A stretch of DNA of 64,000 nt, taken from positions 26,805 through 90,804 of the forward strand of contig JBCCQY010000015.1 of the NCBI GenBank assembly GCA_039208735.1. The letters are read 5' to 3'. Origin of the DNA: Myxococcota bacterium (GTDB taxonomy: Bacteria; Myxococcota_A; UBA796; GCA-2862545). Position numbers and translations under genes: made by a program. A model generated the notes under the pieces. The model was not told the origin of the DNA, did not search any database, and worked only from the letters and a program-made list of their open reading frames with translations. This document shows positions 1 through 9,580 of this stretch, piece after piece; the stretch's first letter is position 1; every line of letters begins with the position of its first letter.

Positions 1-308
1 TTGCCGATTTTCGTGAGATCGTCCTCCTTGGTCGAGGAGAACAACCGGGTGAGCTGGTTGTCGATGATGTCCTCGTCCATGCCTTCGCCGTAGTCATCGA
101 CATGGATCCGAAGAACGCCATCGTCTCCTTCGCCTTCGGGAGGCTCGTACGCGACTGCTACCTCGATGCGAGGAGAGCCCGCGTCAATCGAGTTTTGAGC
201 AAGCTCACGAAGAAAGTCGAGCGGTCGAGCGAACTGGTTGACCAGGTTCTCGAGCGCCTGTTCGGCAAGCGAGGGGGGACCGCCTGCGTCGAAATCGAGG
301 TTCGCCAT
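1..308 (-). CDS. Hsp90-like GHKL ATPase domain protein (5' part only, runs off the window start)
   Basis: Not in the ORF track. Manual translation from ATG 308: MANLDFDAGGPPSLAEQALENLVNQFARPLDFLRELAQNSIDAGSPRIEV...IHVDDYGEGMDEDIIDNQLTRLFSSTKEDDLTKIG. Contains GHKL N-box (RELxQNSxDA) and G1 box (DxGxGM). Confidence 0.85.
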   Translation of the reverse strand, partial: MANLDFDAGGPPSLAEQALENLVNQFARPLDFLRELAQNSIDAGSPRIEVAVAYEPPEGEGDDGVLRIHVDDYGEGMDEDIIDNQLTRLFSSTKEDDLTKIG

Positions 309-365
309 CGAAGGCCCTGTAAGCTCGGCTGCTCGCCTCGTCAGCCCCAGTGGTAGAGGGGCCCC

Positions 366-1442
366 ATGAAGTTTGGGTTCACCGATCTGGCCTTCGACGA
401 TCAGGGACGGACCCTGATCCGCCGCCTGTACTCGGCCGGTATTGTGTTTGCGTCCGTGTGTTTCGTCGGGGCCCTTGGCTACCAGGTCATCGGCCAGGGC
501 CAGTGGAGCTTCATCGAATCGCTCTACATGGCGATCATCACGCTTTCCACGGTCGGTTTCGGTGAGACATTGCCGGGCATGGACCAGTCTGTCGCCGCCC
601 GGGCTTGGACGGTCACGCTCATCCTGTTGGGAAGTGGGACGCTGCTGTACTTTGCGTCGACCTTCACGGCGCTCGTCGTGGAAGGAGACCTTCGCGGTGC
701 CCTTCGGAGGAGAACCATGAACCGTGCCCTGTCGGCTATCGAAGGACACGTCATCGTCTGCGGCTGTGGGAGCACGGGGCTCCACGTCGTGGAGGAACTC
801 ATTGCCACGGGCCGTCCGCTCGTGATGGTCGACCTTGACGACGAACGCATCGAACGGGTCCGCATCGAGACGAACCGCCACGATCTGCTGTATGTGATCG
901 GCGACGCCACAGAAGACGCCACCCTTGAAGAAGCGGGTATCGACCGGGCGGCTGGCCTCATCGCGACCTTGCATGAAGACCGCGACAACGTCTTTGTCAC
1001 GGTGACGGCCCGTGCCTTGTCGGACACCATTCGCATCGTCGCCAAGGCCGTCGAAAACGAGAACATCACCAAGCTTCGGCGGGTGGGGGCCAACGCCGTC
1101 GTGGCGCCCGCCTTCATTGGTGGGTTGCGGTTGGCGGCCGAGATGGAACGGCCGTCCGTGTTGCGGTTCTTCGATGCGATGCGGGCCGATGGCGATGATC
1201 CACGCGTGATGGAGGGTATTCCTATTCGGCCCGGCACTTCGCTCGCGGGACGGACCCTCGGCGAGTCTGGTCTGCTCGAACTCTGCGACATCATTGTGCT
1301 CGCCGTGCGCCATCCCGACGGTCACCACGCGTATTCGCCAGGGCTGGACTTGGTACTTGAACCGGCAATGGTGCTCATCGCGCTTGTTCCGCGTGGCGAT
1401 CTGCAGCGGGTTCGAGACTGGGCCCGCAAGCGGACGGCGTAG
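366..1442 (+). CDS. Potassium channel family protein (ion channel pore plus TrkA-N/TrkA-C RCK domains)
   Basis: Two TM helices around the TLSTVGFGE filter motif, Rossmann HVIVCGCGSTG, GDATE motif, C-terminal TrkA-C-like region. Confidence 0.9.
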   Translation: MKFGFTDLAFDDQGRTLIRRLYSAGIVFASVCFVGALGYQVIGQGQWSFIESLYMAIITLSTVGFGETLPGMDQSVAARAWTVTLILLGSGTLLYFASTFTALVVEGDLRGALRRRTMNRALSAIEGHVIVCGCGSTGLHVVEELIATGRPLVMVDLDDERIERVRIETNRHDLLYVIGDATEDATLEEAGIDRAAGLIATLHEDRDNVFVTVTARALSDTIRIVAKAVENENITKLRRVGANAVVAPAFIGGLRLAAEMERPSVLRFFDAMRADGDDPRVMEGIPIRPGTSLAGRTLGESGLLELCDIIVLAVRHPDGHHAYSPGLDLVLEPAMVLIALVPRGDLQRVRDWARKRTA

Positions 1443-1492
1443 CGAGCTGCACGTTACCGACCCTCCGTATCCGAGCCAGGGGTGGAGAAGGT

Positions 1493-2893
1493 TTGCCCGA
1501 CTACGACTACGATTTCATCGTCCTGGGAGGGGGATCGGGCGGGGTTCGCGCCTCGCGAATGGCCGCATCTTTTGGCGCACGGACCGCACTCGTGGAGGGA
1601 GGCCGGTTGGGCGGCACCTGCGTCAACGTTGGGTGCGTGCCGAAGAAGTTGCTTTCCTACGGCAGCCACTACGCCGAAGACCTCGAAGACATGAAGGGGT
1701 TCGGCTGGTCGATCGAAGGCACCCCGACGTTTGATTGGGCGACGCTAAAGGCCCGTAAGGATGCCGAGATCACGCGGCTCAACGGGGTGTACGCGAGCAT
1801 CCTCGACAACGTGGATGTGGAAGTCGTCGAAGGCTGGGGCGTGCTCGACGGTGCCCACACCGTGCGGGTGGGGGATCATCGACTGACCGGGCGGTACATC
1901 TTGCTCGCGGTCGGGGGAACGCCGTGGCGGCCAGGCTCCGATCTCCTGCCTGGGGTGGAGCACACCTGGGTGAGCGACGACATCTTCGAGATGCCCGAGC
2001 TGCCGCGTCGCGTGATCGTGGTGGGTGGCGGCTACATCGCAAGCGAGATGGCCTCGATTCTTCATGGGTTTGGGGCCGATGTGCGGCTCGTCTGCCGAGG
2101 TGACACGCTGTTGCGCGGGTTTGACGATGACATTCGCCATGAGCTGGGCAACGAGTTGCGCAAGCGCGGACTTCACCTGCACTTTGGGTGCCACCTCACC
2201 CGCGTCGACAAACAGGCGGACGGCTCCCTCCAAGCGCGCTTGAGCGATGACACGACCCCCGAAGTGGATGCGATTCTGATGGCGACCGGGCGGGTGCCCC
2301 GCACCAAGGGCATCGGGCTCGAGGCCGTGGGGGTGCAGGCCGACGAGTTTGGTGCGATTCAGGTCAACGATGCGTTTCAAACGTCGGTGCCCCACATCTA
2401 CGCGGTGGGTGATGTCATCAACCGACTCCAGCTCACACCGGTGGCCCTAGCCGAGGGCATGGTGGTCGCCCGTCAGCTCTTCCACAACGAAGAATCCAAG
2501 GCCATCGACTACCGCTTCGTGCCCACCGCGGTGTTTACGCATCCCGAAGTGGGCACCTGCGGCTACACCGAAGCGGAAGCCCGAAAGAAGTTTGGAAAGA
2601 TCCGCCTCTACAAATCGAGCTTCCGGCCCATGCGGCACACGATCACCAAGCGGAACGCCCGCACCCACATGAAGCTGGTGGTGGATGACGCCACCGACCA
2701 AGTGGTGGGCTTGCACATCGTGGGGCCCGATGCGGGAGAGATGACCCAAGGGTTCGCTGTCGCAATGCGCTGCGGCGCGACCAAGGCCCAATTCGATACG
2801 ACGATCGGCATCCATCCAACGGCAGCCGAAGAGCTGGTCACCATGCGGACCGAGTGGGTTCCGGTGCCCGAGGATCATCCCCCCAGGAGCTGA
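1493..2893 (+). CDS. gor: Glutathione-disulfide reductase
   Basis: GGGSGG FAD motif, GGTCVNVGCVPKK redox disulfide, GGGYIA NADPH motif, C-terminal HPTAAEE. TTG start after a GGAG-type SD. Confidence 0.92.
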   Translation: MPDYDYDFIVLGGGSGGVRASRMAASFGARTALVEGGRLGGTCVNVGCVPKKLLSYGSHYAEDLEDMKGFGWSIEGTPTFDWATLKARKDAEITRLNGVYASILDNVDVEVVEGWGVLDGAHTVRVGDHRLTGRYILLAVGGTPWRPGSDLLPGVEHTWVSDDIFEMPELPRRVIVVGGGYIASEMASILHGFGADVRLVCRGDTLLRGFDDDIRHELGNELRKRGLHLHFGCHLTRVDKQADGSLQARLSDDTTPEVDAILMATGRVPRTKGIGLEAVGVQADEFGAIQVNDAFQTSVPHIYAVGDVINRLQLTPVALAEGMVVARQLFHNEESKAIDYRFVPTAVFTHPEVGTCGYTEAEARKKFGKIRLYKSSFRPMRHTITKRNARTHMKLVVDDATDQVVGLHIVGPDAGEMTQGFAVAMRCGATKAQFDTTIGIHPTAAEELVTMRTEWVPVPEDHPPRS

Positions 2894-2894
2894 A

Positions 2895-3317
2895 ATGTCG
2901 GACCTTCCGGCGGACACCGACGAGCTCATCGAGAACTTCGAACTGTTCGATGAATGGGACGATCGGTATCGCTATCTCATCGAACTCGGCAGAAAGCTAC
3001 CGGACTTTCCGGATGCCGCACGCGATGAAGCGCACAAGGTGCGTGGCTGCATGAGCCAGGTGTGGTTCGTTCAGCAGGATGATCCTGAGGGCCGATTGCG
3101 GTTCCTCGGCGACTCCGACGCCATGATCGTCAAGGGGCTAATCGCCCTGTTGCACGTGCTCTACGATGGCAAGCGACCCGAAGAGGTCGAACACGTCCCG
3201 ATCGACAACATCTTCGAGCAAATCGGGTTTAGCCAACACCTCTCCGCGAACCGGCGCAATGGCTTTTTCTCGATGGTGTCGCGCCTGCGTCAGTTTGCCG
3301 GGAACCGCCCGGCGTAG
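2895..3317 (+). CDS. sufE: SufE family Fe-S cluster assembly sulfur acceptor
   Basis: WDDRYRYLIELG, VRGCMSQVW with the acceptor Cys, DSDAMIVKGL, HLSANRRNG. Confidence 0.92.
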   Translation: MSDLPADTDELIENFELFDEWDDRYRYLIELGRKLPDFPDAARDEAHKVRGCMSQVWFVQQDDPEGRLRFLGDSDAMIVKGLIALLHVLYDGKRPEEVEHVPIDNIFEQIGFSQHLSANRRNGFFSMVSRLRQFAGNRPA

Positions 3318-4210
3318 TGGACTTCGCGCTGCAACTCGACGCCGAAGGTCTCGTGGACGCGGGCTTGTACCGTCTCGATGACGGCCCGAATGTCAGCTGC
3401 GGTGGCGTTCCCTGCGTTCACCACGAAGTTTGCATGCTTTTCGCTGACCCGTGCCGCACCAATAGCGAACCCCTTGAGGCCCGCGGCGTCGATGAGCCGA
3501 CCCGCGCTGTCTCCAGGGGGATTGCGGAACGTGGAACCACACGTGGGCACGTCAGTAGGCTGCGTGCGGGCACGATAGTCGAGGTGCTCCGCAATTTGAG
3601 CCCGGCTTTCCTCGGGATCGAGGTCCGTAAGCTCCATGTGGGCGGCCACCACGATGGCATCGGGGGGCAGTGTACAGTGCCGATAGGCAAACGCAAGTTG
3701 CTCGGGCGTCCAGCGGGCCTTGGACCCATCGCCACGCAGGACATCGACGTGGCGGACGCGATCGCCAATCTCGCCTAGCCGCGTGCCCGCATTCATGCGG
3801 ATCGCACCCCCTACGGTGCCGGGAACCCCTGCGACCATTTCGAGCCCGGTGTAGCCATCCCGTTGGGCCTGCCGCAGCAGGGAGACCAGCTTGAGGCCGC
3901 CCCCCAAGACCAGTCGTCCGGGCTCGGGAGCCTCGAGGCGAGCCAGGTCGCCCCCGAGCCGCACCACCAAGCCCGGGATGCCGCCATCGCCAATGAGCAA
4001 GTTGCTCGCATTGCCCAGCACGAACACCGGTACGTCATGCGCCCGGGTGACGCGAAGGGTTTCGGCGAGCTGCTCGACCGACGTGACCTCGGCGAATGCT
4101 TCGGCCGGACCTCCCACGCGCCACCACGTCTTTTTGACGAGCGGCTCATCGAGCCGCACCGTCACTCCGGCCGCCCTCAAGGCTGCCGACCACTCGGATC
4201 GTAGGGTCAG
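3290..4210 (-). CDS. murB: UDP-N-acetylenolpyruvoylglucosamine reductase
   Basis: RVGGPA, LGNASNLLI, GVPGTVGGAIRMNAG, GSTFRNP, SEKHANF motifs. Start is either CTG 4210 (perfect GGAGG 5 nt upstream) or TTG 4180. Confidence 0.93.
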   Translation of the reverse strand: MTLRSEWSAALRAAGVTVRLDEPLVKKTWWRVGGPAEAFAEVTSVEQLAETLRVTRAHDVPVFVLGNASNLLIGDGGIPGLVVRLGGDLARLEAPEPGRLVLGGGLKLVSLLRQAQRDGYTGLEMVAGVPGTVGGAIRMNAGTRLGEIGDRVRHVDVLRGDGSKARWTPEQLAFAYRHCTLPPDAIVVAAHMELTDLDPEESRAQIAEHLDYRARTQPTDVPTCGSTFRNPPGDSAGRLIDAAGLKGFAIGAARVSEKHANFVVNAGNATAADIRAVIETVQARVHETFGVELQREVHYAGRFPAN

Positions 4211-4253
4211 ACCGACCTCCCGATGGTCCGGTTATCGCGCTCGGGGAGGCCAC

Positions 4254-5057
4254 ATGGCGATCGTGAGCATCATTGGGGCGGGCCGCATCGGAACCGCATT
4301 GGCGAGCCGAGCCGAAGCGGCGGGACAGCCGGTGGCCCTCATCACCCGGACCGAGGGTTGGGACCGCCTGTCGACCCGTGAAGGACCCATCCTCGTCGCC
4401 GTGCGCAACGATGGCCTCGCTGATGTGGTGGCACGGACGCCCGAGGCCCGGCGGGCCGATCTTGTGTTCCTGCAGAACGGGGCCATCCGCGACCGTCTTG
4501 CGCAACTCGGCGTCCCCGATGCTGACCGTGGGCTCATCTACTTCCTCGTGGCGCAACGCGGAGGGCCCGTCGTAGGAGGTCAGAAGAGTGTGTTTACGGG
4601 CCGACATGCGGCGATGGTCGAGCACTGGTTCACGAGCCTAGGGCTTGCCGCTGAGGCGGTGCCGCGGGAGGCGTTCGCGGATTGGGAGTGGGAGAAGCAC
4701 GTCTGGATCGCCGCCCACGGGGTCCTTTGCCCCGCCCTCGACGCGACGGTGGGAGAGATCGGCACCACGCATCGGGGGCATCTCGACACTCTCGTCGAGG
4801 AGTGGGCCGCGCTGGGGATAGCGGAATGGAACGTCCGTACGCCACCGCCGGCCCTCGTCGAACGACTTGTCATGTACTCGGCGGAGATTTCGGACTACAA
4901 GCCATCGTTTAAGGCGTACGAAGACCGTAACGGCTGGTTTATCGCGGTGGCCGCCAAACATGGCCTTCCCGCCGACCGACATGTCGCATGGCTTGAGCGT
5001 GTGGATCCCGCGCTCGGAGACCGGGCCCGGGCCGAGCTCAAGACTCTCGGCCGCTGA
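4254..5057 (+). CDS. Ketopantoate-reductase-like NAD(P)-binding oxidoreductase
   Basis: ATG 4254 after GGAGG. IIGAGRIG Rossmann motif; FLQNG and WEK motifs resemble the ApbA/PanE family. The ORF-track extension to 3891 overlaps murB and was discarded. Confidence 0.6.
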   Translation: MAIVSIIGAGRIGTALASRAEAAGQPVALITRTEGWDRLSTREGPILVAVRNDGLADVVARTPEARRADLVFLQNGAIRDRLAQLGVPDADRGLIYFLVAQRGGPVVGGQKSVFTGRHAAMVEHWFTSLGLAAEAVPREAFADWEWEKHVWIAAHGVLCPALDATVGEIGTTHRGHLDTLVEEWAALGIAEWNVRTPPPALVERLVMYSAEISDYKPSFKAYEDRNGWFIAVAAKHGLPADRHVAWLERVDPALGDRARAELKTLGR

Positions 5058-6375
5058 ACTGAACGTTCGCAAAGTGCATGGCGGGTGAGCGTACCGTCGA
5101 CCAGGTCCATGGGTCGTTCGCGACCTCGACGAGGTTGTCGAGGATCGTGAGCAGGTTGCCCGCGACGTTCATTTCAGAGAGCGACTGCACAACTTCACCA
5201 TTTTCAAGCAGTAAGCCTTGGATGCCGAAGCTGAAGTCACCGGTCGTCGAGTTGCTGTTGCCGCCGAGGAAGCCCGTCACCAAGATGGCCTTGGGCAGCT
5301 CTTTGGCGATGTCCTCAAAGGAGCGGTCGCCGGGCTTGACCACCCAGTTGGACCGACCGCCCCCCGTGGGCTGAACGCCGAGCTTGCGAGAGTAGTACAA
5401 GCCGATGTGGTAGTTCTTAAGAACGCCGTTTTCGATCATCGTGCGAGGCTTGGCCACAAGGCAGCTGCCATCCCACGGCCGCGATCCGAGGCCGCGAGGA
5501 ATGGTGGGGTCGTCGGTGATCGTCAGGACGTCGCTCGCAATCTTGGTGTCGAGTCGCCCGTTGAGGCAGGAGCGGCCGTGGTGCAGCGCGCTGCCCGCCA
5601 TCGGTCCTGACAGAATGGAGAGGATGCGCCCCGCCATTCGGTTCTCGACGAGCATCGAGTACTGTCCCGAGGCGGTGGGACTACTCCCCAGGCGCCGACG
5701 CACCCGTTCGGCCACGTCGGCCGCGATGAGATCGGGGTCGGGCAGATCGCCAAGGTGCCGCGCGGCATAGTAGGCTCCGGCCTCGGGCCGCTTGTCGCTT
5801 TCCGCCACCGTGGTCTGACCTCCGACGGTGAAGAAGGCACCGGCGGTACGGTCGGAGAACCCATTGGAAAGCACCTGGACGGCCTCGGACCGCCCATCCG
5901 CGACGTAGGCCGTGGTTGAGATGCGCTCGGGTAGGTCGAGGGCCAGAATCGCTTCCTCAACCTGCGCACAGTGATCCGTCCGTTCGGTGGCGGTGCGGCG
6001 TCCCCACGCGGGGTCATCTTGGTCGAGGGCCGCTTCGCTGATGCCGCGGCCACATTGGTCGAGGTCGGGAAGTCGGCGGTACTCGTCGGGCTCGATGTAG
6101 TCCGCGGTCTGGACACACCGCTGGATGAAGCTGTCGAGCGCCTTGGGGCGAAGGTCTGACGTGGAGTTCGACGTGTAGCGATCGCCCTTGGTGATCGCGA
6201 GCACCAGGCCCTGGGTGGTGGCTTCGGTGGCCTGCTCGGTTTGCCGCTCCCGACGCTGAATCGTCACGTGGGAGCCTCGGGAAGTAGCGACCGATGCCTC
6301 GGTTGCGCCGAGCTCAAGCGCCCGCTTCATCACGCGCTCGGCGAGCGGCTGAAGGTCCTCGTACTGCACCGTCAC
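5038..6375 (-). CDS. tldE: TldE/PmbA family protein
   Basis: TTGDFSFGIQG and SEMNVAGNL C-terminal motifs, no HExxxH, overlaps tldD by 4 bp. Confidence 0.85.
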   Translation of the reverse strand: MTVQYEDLQPLAERVMKRALELGATEASVATSRGSHVTIQRRERQTEQATEATTQGLVLAITKGDRYTSNSTSDLRPKALDSFIQRCVQTADYIEPDEYRRLPDLDQCGRGISEAALDQDDPAWGRRTATERTDHCAQVEEAILALDLPERISTTAYVADGRSEAVQVLSNGFSDRTAGAFFTVGGQTTVAESDKRPEAGAYYAARHLGDLPDPDLIAADVAERVRRRLGSSPTASGQYSMLVENRMAGRILSILSGPMAGSALHHGRSCLNGRLDTKIASDVLTITDDPTIPRGLGSRPWDGSCLVAKPRTMIENGVLKNYHIGLYYSRKLGVQPTGGGRSNWVVKPGDRSFEDIAKELPKAILVTGFLGGNSNSTTGDFSFGIQGLLLENGEVVQSLSEMNVAGNLLTILDNLVEVANDPWTWSTVRSPAMHFANVQFSGRES

Positions 6376-7808
6376 GACTTGCTTCCCCCGACCGAGAGGT
6401 TGCCGACCAGCACGGTAGGCATGCCTTGGCTGACCGGCACTCCCTGCCCGTCCTTGCCGCAGGTCCAGCCGCCTTCGTCGATCACGAGGTCGTTTCCGAC
6501 CATTTGGATGGCCTCGAGCACGTCAGGCCCGTTGCCAATGAGGTTCACGTCCTTGATGGGCGTAGTGAGTTTGCCGTCTTCGATGAGCTGACCATGACGG
6601 ACGTAAAACGAGAAGTCTCCCGCGCCGATCTGCACCGCACCATTGCCAAAGACCTCGCAATAGATGCCCTTCTTGACGGATTTCACGATCTCTTCGGGGT
6701 CGTGGGGTCCGGGTTCCATGTAGGTGGAACGCATGCGCGGCATGATGGGATGACGGAATGACTCGCGTCGCCCGCTGCCCGTGGGGTTGACCCCGTAGTG
6801 ACGCGCTGAAATGCGGTCGTGGAGGTAGGACCGCAGGACCCCTCGCTCGACGAGAACCGTGCGCTCGACGGGCGACCCCTCGTCGTCGACGTTGATGCTG
6901 CCTCGAGCGTGTGCGAGCGTGGCGTCGTCGACCACCGTCACGTGCTCGTTGGCGACCGGCTGCCCCATCTTGCTCGCGTAAATGCTGATGTTCTTCCGGT
7001 TGAAATCCGCTTCCATGCCGTGGCCAATCGCCTCGTGGAGGAGCACCCCGGCCGACCCCGCCGCCAACACCACGGGCATTTCACCGGCTGGGGCCGCCTC
7101 GGCATCGAGTGCGCGCAGGGCGTAGTTCACCGCGCGGTCGACCATCCGTTCCTGGCGATCGGGGTCGTAGTACGACAGGTCGTGGCGCGCGGCGACGTTG
7201 TAGCTACCGGACTCTCGAACCTCGCCCCGCTTGGCCGTCGCGGTCACGTTGGCGAATGTCATGGGGCGATAGTCGGCGATCACCGTGCCGTCAGCACGGG
7301 CGATGAGCACGTACTTGTCCGCGTCGCCCATCGAGACCTGGACCTTCTCGATGAGGTCGCTCTTCGCAAACGCACGCTGCTCCCAATCCCGAATCATGGG
7401 CACGCGAACCGAAAGCTCGACGTCGGACCACGATCGGTTGACAGGGTAGAAATCGGGGCGAGACTTGTTCAGCTCGATGGCGATGGGGCCATGGCCGTGC
7501 CCCGTGTGGGCGATCGCGCGCGCGGTACGAGCGGCGCGCAGCAGCCGATCTTTTGAGAGGTCTTCGGTGTAGGCGTAGCCGACCTGATCTCCGACCACGA
7601 CACGCACCCCCATGCCAAGGTCGATGCTGGTGTGGGCCCGGTCGACCACTCCGTCGGACAACCCCACGGCCGTGGACAACGAGTGCTCGAAGTACAATTC
7701 CGCGTCATCGGCGCCTTGGGCCGTGGCCTCCGCCAGCACGATCTTGAGGGTGTCCTCGTCGATCCCGAACTGCTGGAACCAGGTGAGCGGGGAAGGATTG
7801 GGTGACAT
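6372..7808 (-). CDS. tldD: TldD metalloprotease
   Basis: LLHEAIGHGMEAD zinc motif, TGSGRRES, PRMRSTY, TCGKDGQGVPV. Confidence 0.92.
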   Translation of the reverse strand: MSPNPSPLTWFQQFGIDEDTLKIVLAEATAQGADDAELYFEHSLSTAVGLSDGVVDRAHTSIDLGMGVRVVVGDQVGYAYTEDLSKDRLLRAARTARAIAHTGHGHGPIAIELNKSRPDFYPVNRSWSDVELSVRVPMIRDWEQRAFAKSDLIEKVQVSMGDADKYVLIARADGTVIADYRPMTFANVTATAKRGEVRESGSYNVAARHDLSYYDPDRQERMVDRAVNYALRALDAEAAPAGEMPVVLAAGSAGVLLHEAIGHGMEADFNRKNISIYASKMGQPVANEHVTVVDDATLAHARGSINVDDEGSPVERTVLVERGVLRSYLHDRISARHYGVNPTGSGRRESFRHPIMPRMRSTYMEPGPHDPEEIVKSVKKGIYCEVFGNGAVQIGAGDFSFYVRHGQLIEDGKLTTPIKDVNLIGNGPDVLEAIQMVGNDLVIDEGGWTCGKDGQGVPVSQGMPTVLVGNLSVGGSKS

Positions 7809-7857
7809 TCATGCTCCTTGTCGCTCGGTAACCAGACGCCTTGTCAAAGGAGGCACC

Positions 7858-8355
7858 TTGTCGCGCTGGCTTCCGCTCGTTGCGATCTCCCTCGGAATCT
7901 TGTTCGCGGGAATTGGCGCTCGAGCCTACTTTCTCCTCGGCGGTGAGCGTCGGTGCGAAGACTTCGTCGATGTGACCCTCGAAACGCTTCCGGCCGATCC
8001 GGCGTGTGTTCGTTTGAAGGGTCAAGCCCATTACGACGTAGTCCTGAAGGAATTCACGCCGGGTAACGCATTTGTCGATGAACAAACGGTGCACCTTTTT
8101 CCGTTGTTCCCGGTTGATGGGCTCGACGAGCGCGGCATTCGCGTGCTTGTGCGCACGGAGCGCGTTCCTGAACGCCTTGTGAACCTAGAGACGATGACCC
8201 TATCGGGTCGACTGTCCCCGATGACCACGGCTGATGTGCCGATCGGGGCCGAAGCCCAGCTCGGTCGAAGTGGCGGCTACTTCTTCGAGGACTTCGCCAT
8301 GGTCCTCGTGCCCGATGAAGTCCGGTCGGGAGACGACGTCTGGGTGCGGCCGTGA
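7858..8355 (+). CDS. Hypothetical membrane-anchored protein
   Basis: TTG 7858 after GGAGG, N-terminal hydrophobic helix, two Cys in the soluble part; fills the gap between tldD and the kinase gene. Confidence 0.6.
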   Translation: MSRWLPLVAISLGILFAGIGARAYFLLGGERRCEDFVDVTLETLPADPACVRLKGQAHYDVVLKEFTPGNAFVDEQTVHLFPLFPVDGLDERGIRVLVRTERVPERLVNLETMTLSGRLSPMTTADVPIGAEAQLGRSGGYFFEDFAMVLVPDEVRSGDDVWVRP

Positions 8356-8356
8356 T

Positions 8357-9580
8357 TCAGCCCGCCCAGGAGTAGACGGCAATCACCACGATGAGGAGTG
8401 CAGCGACGCTCCCCGCTACCCACACCGCGAGGGGGACGGCCTCTCGCTCGGGCTGTCCCTGCGCCGCCGCGGAGATGGGGCGAGCGGGGGTGGCGTCCCG
8501 CTTGACGGGCTCGACCGTCTCAAGCTCAGGCGCGATGGGACGAACCGCACCACGGAGCGAGCTGGAAGGAGTCGGGGCAGACAGGTCGGGGGAGACCACC
8601 GCGGCATCGCCAGAGCCGTCGGTCTCGTCGTCGACCTCGGTGGCGAGTTCCGCCTGCACATCTTCGAGACCCAGCTGCACACCGAGTTCTTCGAGGACGT
8701 CGCGAATGGCCAGGGCCAGCTCACGCACATTCGCGTACCGCCGCAGCGGGCTGCGGGCGGTGGCCCGTTCGAACACCTCGATGAGCGAGGCGGGGTGGTC
8801 GGCCATCGCATCGATGGGCACGTCGTTCATCACCCTCGACACGGCCTCCTGAATGTTCTTTGCATCCGAGACGTGTTTGCCCGTGACCAAGAAGTGCAGG
8901 ATGAGCCCAAGGCAGTAGACATCGGAGCGCACCTCGATGCGGTCGACGCCGAGCAAGTGTTCGGGTGAAGCGTAGCGTGGGGTTGCCACGACTGCGGGTT
9001 TGCCCTCGATTTCAACGGGGTTCGCGATCAAGGCCACCGTGCCGAAATCGGTGACCAACGGCACCCAAGTTTCGGGCTCGCGGGCGTTGCCACGGATCAT
9101 CACGTTTTCAGGCTTGATGTCGCCGTGGACAATGCCCTTTTCGTGCAGGTAGTCGATGCCCTGCAGGATCTTGAGGAACAAGTCGAGAGCGATGGTCAGC
9201 GGTACGCCATTGCGAAAGTCGCGATTGACGATCTTTTCGACGGTTTGGCCGCCTTTGATGAGGTCGAGCACCAGCGCAATGCGACCTTCATTTTCGACGA
9301 GTTCGCGCGCGGACAGCACGTGGGGATGCTTAAGACGCGTGCCAACAAGCCCTTCTTCGTTGAAGCGGGTTCGCCAACCATCGTCCGCGTGAAGTTCGGG
9401 ATGCAGGACCTTTAAGGCGACCGTGTTGCCGTAGATGCTGTCGGTCGCCACGTAGACCTGGCCCATTCCGCCCTTTCCGATCAGCCCCTGCACCGTATAG
9501 GTGCCGAACTGGAAGTCGTCAGGAAGCCTCGGGTGCTCCTTCCGTTTTCTTCGGTAGGGTTGGGCGGACAGGCCGTTCAA
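8357..9580 (-). CDS. Serine/threonine protein kinase (Hanks type) with C-terminal TM anchor
   Basis: IGKGGMGQVY, VALKVL, VHGDIKPEN, DFG, YASPE, SDVYCLG; hydrophobic helix at the extreme C-terminus. Confidence 0.92.
   Translation of the reverse strand: MNGLSAQPYRRKRKEHPRLPDDFQFGTYTVQGLIGKGGMGQVYVATDSIYGNTVALKVLHPELHADDGWRTRFNEEGLVGTRLKHPHVLSARELVENEGRIALVLDLIKGGQTVEKIVNRDFRNGVPLTIALDLFLKILQGIDYLHEKGIVHGDIKPENVMIRGNAREPETWVPLVTDFGTVALIANPVEIEGKPAVVATPRYASPEHLLGVDRIEVRSDVYCLGLILHFLVTGKHVSDAKNIQEAVSRVMNDVPIDAMADHPASLIEVFERATARSPLRRYANVRELALAIRDVLEELGVQLGLEDVQAELATEVDDETDGSGDAAVVSPDLSAPTPSSSLRGAVRPIAPELETVEPVKRDATPARPISAAAQGQPEREAVPLAVWVAGSVAALLIVVIAVYSWAG

Noticed and set aside
102..356. 84-aa plus-strand ORF
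   Set aside because: Antisense shadow of the GHKL ATPase gene on the minus strand.
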